Source of the DNA: Candidatus Limnocylindria bacterium
GTDB taxonomy: Bacteria > Chloroflexota > Limnocylindria > Limnocylindrales > CSP1-4
Assembly (NCBI GenBank): GCA_041484785.1
Contig: JBGPIH010000003.1
Span: 1-52,879, forward strand
DNA length: 52,879 nucleotides
Direction of reading: 5' to 3'
Positions 26,239 to 34,716 of this stretch are shown in pieces (the first letter of the stretch is position 1; each line of letters begins with the position of its first letter). The position numbers and the translations under genes were made by a program. Below the pieces are notes generated by a model that saw only the letters and a program-made list of their open reading frames with translations, was not told the DNA's origin and did no database searches.

Positions 26239-28392
26239 CTAGGGGTCACCGGTCAGGAACGGCTCGACGGCGAGCGCGATCTCGGTCGCCTGCACCTGCT
26301 GCCAGAGGGGGATCGGCCACTCGCCGCCGTCGCGGATGGCTCGCGCCAGTGCGCGGAGTTCGTCCTTCTGCCCCTTGTCGGCGACCTGTGACGTCAGCCC
26401 CCTGGAGGACGCGCCGGCGACCGTGAGCTTCCGGTAGTCGTCGAGCACGATGACCTTCCCGTCGACGAAGACTTCGAGCTGTTCCTTGGGGTGGTCCTTC
26501 GAGCCGAGCGCGGTGTAGGTAAGCGTCGCGAGCGAGCCCTCGTCGAACCCCATCGTCGCGACGAAGTTGTCGGCCCGCCCGTAGTAGCCGGTGGCGGGAC
26601 GGATCGTCCGCGCCTGGACATCGGTGACGTGGCCGCCGGTCAGGTAGGTGAACAGGTCGTAGATGTGGCACGCCTCGCCCCGGTTCCGGCCGCCGCCCTC
26701 GGTGCCATGGACCCAGTCGCCGGGCGCGATGTAGGCCGCGTTCATCCGGTAGTCGAGGATCATCGGGTTGGAGCGGGACTGCGTGAGCTCGGCGATCCGC
26801 CGGCCGTAGGCCGAGAAGCGCCGGTTGAACCCGGTCAGCAGGACGGAGGGGCTCGCCGTGGCCGATACACGCGCGTAGAAGTCGATGATCCCGTCGAGGC
26901 CCTCCCGGGTCAGGGCGAGGGGCTTCTCCACCAGCACGTGTTTCCCGTGCTCGAGCGCGGCGAGGGCCAGGGTCGCGTGGAGGTCGTGGCGCGTCGCGAT
27001 GAGGACGAGGTCGATCTCCGGGTCGTCGAGGACCCGCTCGAACTCGGTCGTGGAGTACGCCGCGCCGTACTGCGTCGCGGTGGCGGCGGCGTTGTGCCCG
27101 GTCCGGCTCACGACGGCGCGAAGCTGGTACTCGTCCGAGAGTAACTGGATGTTGGGCAGGTGCATCCCCTTGGCGAACCCGCCGGCTCCGACGAGCGCGA
27201 CCCGGATGGCCCGGGCCGCCCCCGGGCGCACCTGCGGGTTCGAGATGAGGCGTGCCGCGGGGCGGTCCTCGGTCGCCGTCGGGTACGAGAGCAGGACCGT
27301 CAGCGGCCGCGGGGTCTCCGATGTCAGCGAGGCATAGGCCTCGGCGGCGTCCTCGACGCGGTGGGTCGCGTGGATCAGCGGCGTCACGGTCACGTGCCCG
27401 CCGGCGACGAGCCGCAGGTACTCGGCCATGTTCCGGTTCTCGGTCCAGCGAACGTACCCGATCGGGTAGTCGTGTCCGTCTCGTTCGTAGTCGGGGTCGT
27501 AGCGTCCAGGCCCGTAGGACGACGAGATGAAGAAGTCGAGCTCCTTGCGGTAGAGGTCCTCGCGGTCGAGGTCCAGCCCGACGCTGCCCACGAGCACGAC
27601 GCGACCCTTCTTCCGGCACATCCGGAAGGCCGTCGAGACGACCTCGTCGGATGACGTGGCCGCGGTGATGATCACCCCGTCGGCGCCGATGCCGCCCGTC
27701 AGACGGCCGACATGCGCGATCGCGTCGCCGTCATCGGGACCGAGTCCGATCTCCATGCCGAGGCCCACCGCGACCCGGACGCGCTCGGGGTCGAGATCCA
27801 TCCCGATGATCCGGCAGCCATTGGCCCGAAGGAGCTGCGCGGTGAGCTGGCCGAGGATCCCGAGGCCGATCACCACGAAGGTCTCGCCGAGGGTCGGCTG
27901 CGCGCGACGGACGCCCTGGAGCGCGATCGCGCCGAGCGTCACCGTGCTGGCCTCGGCGAACCCGAGCCCGGCGGGGATCGGCGCGACCAGGTTGCGTGAC
28001 ACGCGGATGACCTCGGCGTGGTGTGCCTCGCCGGCGCCCGCGCAAGCGACGCGATCGCCGACCCTGAGATCCGCGATGCCGTCGCCGACCTCGATGACCG
28101 TACCGGCGGCCGAGTAGCCCGTCGGCTCACCCGCCGCGAGCTTGCCCTCGATCCGGTTCCGGGTCGCCGTGATCCCCTGCGTGGCGACCGAGTCGACGAG
28201 CTCCATGACGCGGCTCGGTTGGCGGACGGCGCGTTGCCACAGCGGCGTCGCGCTGGAACGCATGCCGCTCAACTCGGTGCCGACCGAGATGCATGAGCGG
28301 TCGACGCGGACCAGGACCGTCCCCGGTTCGACGACCGGCGCCGGGACCTCCTCGACGACCGCCTGGCCTCGCTTGATCATCACCTGCTTCAC
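26239..28392 (-). CDS. Bi-domain oxidoreductase (MDR/Zn-type dehydrogenase fused to Gfo/Idh/MocA)
   Basis: ISVGTE, GYS, SYGPGRYDPDYE, RWTENRN; then GAGGFA, VEKP, GFNRRF. Confidence 0.9.
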   Translation of the reverse strand: MKQVMIKRGQAVVEEVPAPVVEPGTVLVRVDRSCISVGTELSGMRSSATPLWQRAVRQPSRVMELVDSVATQGITATRNRIEGKLAAGEPTGYSAAGTVIEVGDGIADLRVGDRVACAGAGEAHHAEVIRVSRNLVAPIPAGLGFAEASTVTLGAIALQGVRRAQPTLGETFVVIGLGILGQLTAQLLRANGCRIIGMDLDPERVRVAVGLGMEIGLGPDDGDAIAHVGRLTGGIGADGVIITAATSSDEVVSTAFRMCRKKGRVVLVGSVGLDLDREDLYRKELDFFISSSYGPGRYDPDYERDGHDYPIGYVRWTENRNMAEYLRLVAGGHVTVTPLIHATHRVEDAAEAYASLTSETPRPLTVLLSYPTATEDRPAARLISNPQVRPGAARAIRVALVGAGGFAKGMHLPNIQLLSDEYQLRAVVSRTGHNAAATATQYGAAYSTTEFERVLDDPEIDLVLIATRHDLHATLALAALEHGKHVLVEKPLALTREGLDGIIDFYARVSATASPSVLLTGFNRRFSAYGRRIAELTQSRSNPMILDYRMNAAYIAPGDWVHGTEGGGRNRGEACHIYDLFTYLTGGHVTDVQARTIRPATGYYGRADNFVATMGFDEGSLATLTYTALGSKDHPKEQLEVFVDGKVIVLDDYRKLTVAGASSRGLTSQVADKGQKDELRALARAIRDGGEWPIPLWQQVQATEIALAVEPFLTGDP

Positions 28393-28416
28393 CGGCGCGG
28401 TCCCGTCATCGGTCGG

Positions 28417-29763
28417 TCAAGGGCGGGTCGACCAGCCGGCGCCGAGGCGCAGCACCTGACGGGGACGGACGGCGCGACCGGCCGAGCTGTCGACGGTGTC
28501 GACCACCAGACCGGCGCGCCCGTACAGCGCGGTCCAGTCGATCGCGCGATGCGCGGTCAGGACGACGACGACGTCCGCCCAGTCGATCAGCGGGTCCGCC
28601 TCGGTGGACTCGCGCACGACGCCGGCCGCATCCCGGAAGTTCGGGACGTGCGGGTCGTGATAGCGGACCTCGCCGCCTCGGGCGCTGACACCGGCCATGA
28701 CGTCCGCGGCCGGGGAGTTCCGGGCGTCCTGGATGTTCGGCTTGAAGGCCACGCCGACGACGCCGACCTTGGCGCCCTTGAGCGCTGAACCGCGATCGTT
28801 GAGGGCCTCGGCAACGAGGTCCACTACGTGGCGCGGCATCGCCAGGTTGATGTCACCGGCGGCTTCCACGAAGCGGTCGATGAAGTCGAACTGGCGGGCG
28901 CGCCAGGACAGGTAGTAGGGGTCGACCGGGATGCAGTGACCACCGACCCCAGGGCCAGGCGTGAACCGCATGAACCCGAACGGCTTTGTGGCGGCCGCGT
29001 CGATGACTTCCCAGACGTCGAGTCCCATCCGCTCGCACAGGAGGGCGAGCTGGTTCGCGAACGCGATGTTGATGTTGCGAAACACGTTCTCGAGGAGCTT
29101 CGCCATCTCGGCCGCGTCCGGCGAGGACATCTCGACCACGTGGTCGTTGATGTTCGCAAGCAGCGCGGCTGCCCGTCGCGTGGCGGCCGGTGTGGTCGCG
29201 CCGACGAGCCTCGGCACGTCCTTCGACGCACTCGCCGGGTCGCCGGGGTTGACGCGTTCGGGCGCGAAGGCGAGGTCGAAGTCGGTCCCGGCGATGAGGC
29301 CGTGACGCTCGATCGCACCACGGAACGGGCCGGTCGTGGTCCCCGGGAACGTCGTGGACTGGAGGATCACCAGCTGTCCTCGACGGAGGTTGGCGCCGAT
29401 GAACTCCGCGGCCGAGAGGACGGCCGACAGGTCCGGGTCCTTCGTCCCGGTGATCGGGGTCGGCACGCAGACGAAGATCGCGTCCGCGTCGGCCAGCTGG
29501 GCGTCGGCCGGCAAGGTGACGCGCAGTCCGGCATCGATGGCCGAGCCGAGTCGCGCATCGCTGATGTCGTCGATCGGTGACGTGCACGCGTGCAACTCGT
29601 TGACCCGCGCGACGGACGAGTCGATCGCTTCGACCTCGAGTCCGGCCTCGATGAACGCGATCGCCAGCGGCAGCCCCGTATAGCCGAGACCGATCACGGC
29701 CACCCGGCAGTCGGCCCCGTCCCGGACCTGCTCGTCCCGGGTCGTGGGATGGGTCGTCGTCAT
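28417..29763 (-). CDS. UDP-HexNAc 6-dehydrogenase (WbpA/WecC-like nucleotide-sugar dehydrogenase)
   Basis: GLGYTG, CVPTP, PERVNPG, KLLEN, GVGGHCIPVDP, AFKPN. Confidence 0.92.
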   Translation of the reverse strand: MTTTHPTTRDEQVRDGADCRVAVIGLGYTGLPLAIAFIEAGLEVEAIDSSVARVNELHACTSPIDDISDARLGSAIDAGLRVTLPADAQLADADAIFVCVPTPITGTKDPDLSAVLSAAEFIGANLRRGQLVILQSTTFPGTTTGPFRGAIERHGLIAGTDFDLAFAPERVNPGDPASASKDVPRLVGATTPAATRRAAALLANINDHVVEMSSPDAAEMAKLLENVFRNINIAFANQLALLCERMGLDVWEVIDAAATKPFGFMRFTPGPGVGGHCIPVDPYYLSWRARQFDFIDRFVEAAGDINLAMPRHVVDLVAEALNDRGSALKGAKVGVVGVAFKPNIQDARNSPAADVMAGVSARGGEVRYHDPHVPNFRDAAGVVRESTEADPLIDWADVVVVLTAHRAIDWTALYGRAGLVVDTVDSSAGRAVRPRQVLRLGAGWSTRP

Positions 29764-31164
29764 TCAGCGTCCCTCGAAGGCCGCGGGGATCGTCCGTGCC
29801 AGGATCTTGAGATCCAGCCAGAACGACCAGCGGTCGATATAGGCGAGGTCGAGTTCGGCGCGCTGGTCGAAGTCATTCGACCGGCGGGCAGTGACCTGCC
29901 ACAGACCCGTGATGCCGGGCTTCATCGAGAGCCGTCGCCGATGCCAGAGGTCGTAGGTGTCCACCTCGCGCGGCGGCGCGGGGCGCGGCCCGACGAGGCT
30001 CATCTCGCCGCGGAAAACGTTCCACAGCTGCGGCAGCTCGTCCAGGCTGGTGCGGCGCAGGAAGCGGCCCAGGCGCGTGACGCGGGGGTCGCGCTCCATC
30101 TTGAACGCGGGTCCGCTGCCCTCGCCCAGGTTCGCGACCTCGTCGAACCGATCCTCGGCGTCGGGGGTCATGCTCCGGAACTTGACCACTGTAAAGGCGC
30201 GCCCATGGAGGCCGATCCGGACCTGCCGGAACAGGATCGGCGACCCGTCCGAGAGACGGATCGCGATGGCGACGGCCAGCAGGATCGGGCTTAGGAGCAC
30301 GAGCCCGACCCCCGAGACCGACAGGTCGATCAGTCGCTTGACGGCCAACCCGACGGCCCGGTCCGGTCCGCTGATCAGCGAATAGACCGGTGTCCCGTCG
30401 AGATCCTCGACACGGCCCGATGCGAAGGCACGGTCGAGGAGATCCATGGGGACTCGAACGATCTTGCCCTGGTCCTCGCAGATCCGGGTGATGGCATCGA
30501 CCCGGTCCCACTGCGAGAAGGGGAGACAGACCGCCACTTCGTCGATCACCTTGGTCCGCAGGATCCGCTCGATGTCTTCCAATGCCCCGACTCGGTGCCA
30601 GCGCGCCGGGAGCGCGATCGTCGGGTCGTCGTCGATGAAGCCACGAACCTCAAGGCCGAGTTCCCGGTGGTCCTCGACCTTGGTGGCGAAGGCCTGTCCT
30701 CTTGGCCCACTCCCGACCACCAGCATGAAGCGCCGGTTGTAGCCGCGCTCGCGAAGACGACGGAAGGTCAGTCGGAGCGCCACGCGGGTGACCAGGGCGA
30801 CGAGCCACTGGGCCGGGAACAGGAAGAGCAGGAAGAGACGACTGATGTCCGGCAGGCGCACCCAGAACAGAACGGCCAGGAGGATCGCGGCCATCATCGT
30901 CGTGGCCCGCAGCAGGTCCACCGCCTCGGATCGCATGGTCCAGCGCGCCCGTGGCCGGTACAGCCCGTTGAAGGCCAGGACGGCGACCCAGGTGATCGCG
31001 TAACCGACGACGAGCAGCAGCGGGTCGAGGTCGAGTTCCTGCCAATGGACCGACCAGTCGCCGCCGAACCGGACGACCGACGCGACCACGAGCAGCCCGA
31101 TGGCCATCAGGCCATCGACCAGCATCAGCAGGGCTCGGAGCTCGTTGACGTGCTTGCGGAGCAT
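29764..31164 (-). CDS. Polyprenyl glycosylphosphotransferase (WcaJ/WbaP-like initiating transferase)
   Basis: 4 TM plus a CoA-binding-like domain; KFRSM, DPRVT, SLDELPQ, MSLVGPRP, KPGITG. Confidence 0.94.
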   Translation of the reverse strand: MLRKHVNELRALLMLVDGLMAIGLLVVASVVRFGGDWSVHWQELDLDPLLLVVGYAITWVAVLAFNGLYRPRARWTMRSEAVDLLRATTMMAAILLAVLFWVRLPDISRLFLLFLFPAQWLVALVTRVALRLTFRRLRERGYNRRFMLVVGSGPRGQAFATKVEDHRELGLEVRGFIDDDPTIALPARWHRVGALEDIERILRTKVIDEVAVCLPFSQWDRVDAITRICEDQGKIVRVPMDLLDRAFASGRVEDLDGTPVYSLISGPDRAVGLAVKRLIDLSVSGVGLVLLSPILLAVAIAIRLSDGSPILFRQVRIGLHGRAFTVVKFRSMTPDAEDRFDEVANLGEGSGPAFKMERDPRVTRLGRFLRRTSLDELPQLWNVFRGEMSLVGPRPAPPREVDTYDLWHRRRLSMKPGITGLWQVTARRSNDFDQRAELDLAYIDRWSFWLDLKILARTIPAAFEGR

Positions 31165-31171
31165 GACGATG

Positions 31172-31177
31172 AACCTA
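31172..31177 (-). promoter_or_regulatory. Putative leaderless -10 box TAGGTT heading the polysaccharide operon
   Basis: 7 nt before ATG 31164. Confidence 0.55.
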
Positions 31178-31224
31178 CTCGGGGCGATGAGGTCGGGGCT
31201 ATGGTACCGGGGAGCTATCGATGT

Positions 31225-31488
31225 TCAAGGCGCCTCGAACCATTCGCGCCGGTCGGACATCCCGGGCCGGTCGATGAGCTCGCGGGTCTCGTCCTCCTGG
31301 GGAAAGATGTGGTGGTAGTACGGCTCGATCGGCTCGCCACCGACCGTGATCGCTCGGGCCAGGCCGCCCACGGTCGAGGCGGCCTCGACCAGCATCACCC
31401 GTTGAACCTGCTCGAGCGACCGCTCGGCGGCGGCCAGACCCGCCCTGCCGCCGTCGAGGACGACGGTGTCGAAACGTGGGTCAGTCAT
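31225..31488 (-). pseudogene. N-terminal remnant of an FAD-dependent oxidoreductase (HemY/amine-oxidase-like)
   Basis: Degenerate dinucleotide motif VVLDGGRAGLAAA, then EAASTVGGLA and IEPYYHHIF; stops after about 87 aa. Confidence 0.7.
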
Positions 31489-31603
31489 GCGTCGGGTCAC
31501 CTGCGGCGGGAGAAGCAGTGGCACCATACCGCCCGGCCGACGCCCGGCGATAGCCCGTTCGGGCCATGACCACGGCCGGGATACCCGCCGCAGGGCGCCC
31601 GGC

Positions 31604-31609
31604 TAGACT
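31604..31609 (+). promoter_or_regulatory. Putative leaderless -10 box TAGACT
   Basis: 7 nt before ATG 31617. Confidence 0.6.
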
Positions 31610-31616
31610 GCGCGCG

Positions 31617-32432
31617 ATGTCACCCGACCCCGGCCTCGCGATCGTCCTGCCGGCATACGACGAGGCCGAACGGATCGGTCCGGCGCTCGACGAGCTGTTC
31701 GGCTACCTGCACCGGGGCGGCGAGCTGGCCCGCGAGGGCGCGCCCGGCGCGAGCACCCTCCCGTACGAGATCGAGGTCCTCGTCGTCGACGACGGGAGCA
31801 CCGACGGGACGGCCGCCATCGTCGAGGGCAGGCCGGAGGCGGTCATCGGTGGATCGGGTGGCACGACGCTGCGGGTCATCCAAGTCCCGCACGGCGGCAA
31901 GGGCGCCGCCGTCCGGGCCGGCATGCTCGCCTCGACTTCGGACCTCGTGATCTTCGCCGACGCCGACATGGCCACCCCGCCCGACCAGCTGCCACTTCTC
32001 GTGACGGCGCTGGCGGATCACGACGTCGCCCTTGGCTCGCGGATCCAGGCCGACGGCTCTGACATGCGAACCAGCCAGCAGCCGTATCGAAGGGCGCTGG
32101 GGCGGATCTTCCACGCGCTTGCCTCGGTCTGGGTCACCGGTCCGATCAAGGACACCCAGTGCGGGTTCAAGGGGTTCACTCGAGAGGCCGCCCACGATCT
32201 CTTCGCCGCCCAGCGGATTCGCAGCATCGTCTTCGACGTCGAGCTGATCTACCTGGCTCGCCGTCGCGGCTATCGGATCGCCGTTGTCCCGGTTCAATGG
32301 GCGGACCGGCGCGGGTCGCGGATGCGGCCGCGGCTCAGCCTGGCGGCGACCGTGGCCTGGGATCTCTTCCGGATCCCGCTCCTGCATCGTGGGGTACGCC
32401 GCATTTCGCGCAGCAAGTCCCCGGCCAACTGA
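31617..32432 (+). CDS. Polyprenyl/dolichyl-phosphate beta-glycosyltransferase (ALG5/DPG synthase-like GT2)
   Basis: LPAYDE, VDDGSTD, GKGAAVRAG, FADAD, GSR, DTQCGFK, FDVE. Confidence 0.88.
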   Translation: MSPDPGLAIVLPAYDEAERIGPALDELFGYLHRGGELAREGAPGASTLPYEIEVLVVDDGSTDGTAAIVEGRPEAVIGGSGGTTLRVIQVPHGGKGAAVRAGMLASTSDLVIFADADMATPPDQLPLLVTALADHDVALGSRIQADGSDMRTSQQPYRRALGRIFHALASVWVTGPIKDTQCGFKGFTREAAHDLFAAQRIRSIVFDVELIYLARRRGYRIAVVPVQWADRRGSRMRPRLSLAATVAWDLFRIPLLHRGVRRISRSKSPAN

Positions 32433-32434
32433 TC

Positions 32435-33493
32435 GTGGCGCTCGCCCGGGCGGCACTGCCGGTCGTCGCCGTCGTCCTCTTCGCAGCGGGCTCCCTGGCC
32501 ATCATTGCGACCGCCGGATCGACCTGGGGGTACGACTACCAGGCCTACGCCCACGCGGCCCAGCGGCTGCTCGACGGCCAGCGGCTCTACGACCCCGGGG
32601 TGGACCTGGCCGGCGGGTTCGCGATCTATCTCTATCCGCCGCCGTTTGCGCTGGCGTTCGTGCCATTCGTGTGGCTCGGTGACCCGCTCGGCCTGGACGC
32701 CTGGACGGCGCTCCTCATTGGCAGCACGGTGGCCGCAATCGCGGTCATGCCCGTGTCGCCGAGGCTTCGCTGGGGGGTGCTCCTGCTCGCGGGCGTCGAC
32801 TGGCCGGTCCTGTATTCGCTCAAGCTCGGCCAGGTTGGGCCGGTCCTGCTGCTGTTGTTCGTCCTCGGCTGGCGCTGGCTGGAACGGCCCGGCGGGCTGG
32901 GCGGGACGATCGGGACTGGAGCGCTGGTCAAGCTTCAGCCGGCGCTCGTGGGTGGCTGGGCCGTCCTGACGGGCCGGTGGCGGGCGGCGCTCATCGGGTT
33001 CGGTCTGGCGGCCGGCGCATGCCTCGTGACTCTCCCGATCGTCGGGACGGCCGCGTGGGCGGACTATGTCGCGCTGCTTCGGCAGGTGAGCGCCCCGATT
33101 GTCACGCCGCACAACTTCACCCCGGGCGCCGTGCTCTATCAGGCCGGCGTCGACCAGGGCGTCGCGACCGCCGTCCAATGGCTCGTGGTGGCCGGGGCAC
33201 TCGTGCTCGTCGTCCTGGCCGCGCTGCGGTGCTCCGCCTCCGGCAGCTACGTCGTGGCCATCGTGGCGAGCCAGCTGATCTCGCCGCTGCTCTGGGATCA
33301 CTACGCCATCGTCCTGTTGCTGCCGGTCGCCTGGCTCGCTGCTCGCGGGGCGTGGTGGGCGCTGGCCATCCCGATCGTGACGTCGCTGCCACTCCTGTGG
33401 CTGGTCCCGGCGGCGGTCTACCCGATCGTCTTCATCGTGGCGCTGGTGGCGCCGATCCGCGTCGATCGCGCCCAGCGGATGGCGGCCGCGTGA
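32435..33493 (+). CDS. GT87-family membrane glycosyltransferase
   Basis: GYDYQAY...YLYPPP...LGQV...VKLQP...SPLLWDHY. Confidence 0.88.
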   Translation: MALARAALPVVAVVLFAAGSLAIIATAGSTWGYDYQAYAHAAQRLLDGQRLYDPGVDLAGGFAIYLYPPPFALAFVPFVWLGDPLGLDAWTALLIGSTVAAIAVMPVSPRLRWGVLLLAGVDWPVLYSLKLGQVGPVLLLLFVLGWRWLERPGGLGGTIGTGALVKLQPALVGGWAVLTGRWRAALIGFGLAAGACLVTLPIVGTAAWADYVALLRQVSAPIVTPHNFTPGAVLYQAGVDQGVATAVQWLVVAGALVLVVLAALRCSASGSYVVAIVASQLISPLLWDHYAIVLLLPVAWLAARGAWWALAIPIVTSLPLLWLVPAAVYPIVFIVALVAPIRVDRAQRMAAA

Positions 33494-34680
33494 TCGGCAG
33501 GCGCCCGGGCCGGGCCGTCACCATCGGGTTGGCGCTGACCGAGGCCGCGTTCGTCGTCTACTGGCTGTGCGACCGCTACTTCGACGCCGGCCGCGGCGAC
33601 TTCTTCTACCTGGCCGATGCCTTCCTGCACGGACGGACCTACCTGGACTTCCGGCCCGGGGGGAACGACGTCATCATCGTGGGCGGTCGGTTCTACGTGC
33701 CGTTCGCGCCGTTCCCGGCGATCGCCCTGATGCCGCTGATCGCGCTGATCGGCCCCGTCACCGCGGACCAGATCGAATCGGGGATCAATGCCGCCCTGGC
33801 CGCCGGGTGCGTGGGCATGGGCTGGTGGCTGGTGGGGCGGATCGGCGTCGCGCGCCTGCGCGATCGGTTCTGGCTGACCCTGCTGCTTGGTTTCTCGACC
33901 CAGATCCTGTGGGTCACGACCCGTGGGGGCGTCTGGCACACGGGGCACCTCATCGCGACGATCCTGACGCTGGGCTGCCTGATCGAGCTGTTCGGCAGCC
34001 GTCGAGCGTGGCTGATCGGGCTGCTTGCGGGAGCGGCGTTCCTGACCCGGGCACCGCTGGCGTTCGCCCTGCCGTTCTACGCGCTGTTGGTCGCCCCGAT
34101 GCCGTTGCCCGGCCCCCGGGCCTGGCCATGGCGCGATTGGGCGTGGCTGGTCATCGGCGCGCTCCCATCGATCGCGTTCTTCTTCCTGTACAACCAGCTT
34201 CGGTTCGGGTCGCTCTTCGAATCCGGCTACGCGCTGGCCACGCTGCCGGCATGGCTCGAGGCGCAGCGGCAACAGGGCCTGTTCGCGCTGGTCCACGTCC
34301 CGATGAACCTCGACTACCTGTTCTACCACCTGCCGTCCTTCATCCCTGAGCCGCCGTTCTTCAAGCCGGATGGCCTCGGCATGTCCGTACTGATCACGAG
34401 CCCGGGCCTCCTCTACGCGATCCGCGCGGACTGGCGGCGGGCGACCCCGTGGTTGCTGCTGGGCGCCGCGATCGCGGTTCTGGTCCCGACGCTGCTCTAC
34501 TACGGCGGCGGCTGGCTCCAGTACGGGTATCGCTACTTCCTGGACTCCGTGCCGTTCGTCATCGCGCTATGCGCGCTCGCGGCGGTTCGCCGCGGATCGA
34601 TCGCCCTGGGCTGGCGGGTGCTGATCGTGGCTGGGACCATTGTCATGTTCGTCGGCGTGTACTGGGCGTACCACCTGTGA
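33490..34680 (+). CDS. GT-C-like multi-TM protein (putative glycosyltransferase)
   Basis: GDFFYLADAFLHG, AFLTR, YNQLRFGSLFESGY, YGYRYFLD; GTGA overlap. Confidence 0.7.
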   Translation: MIGRRPGRAVTIGLALTEAAFVVYWLCDRYFDAGRGDFFYLADAFLHGRTYLDFRPGGNDVIIVGGRFYVPFAPFPAIALMPLIALIGPVTADQIESGINAALAAGCVGMGWWLVGRIGVARLRDRFWLTLLLGFSTQILWVTTRGGVWHTGHLIATILTLGCLIELFGSRRAWLIGLLAGAAFLTRAPLAFALPFYALLVAPMPLPGPRAWPWRDWAWLVIGALPSIAFFFLYNQLRFGSLFESGYALATLPAWLEAQRQQGLFALVHVPMNLDYLFYHLPSFIPEPPFFKPDGLGMSVLITSPGLLYAIRADWRRATPWLLLGAAIAVLVPTLLYYGGGWLQYGYRYFLDSVPFVIALCALAAVRRGSIALGWRVLIVAGTIVMFVGVYWAYHL

Positions 34681-34716
34681 GTGCCGCCCGCGTGTTGCAC
34701 CCTCCATCATTCGCCG

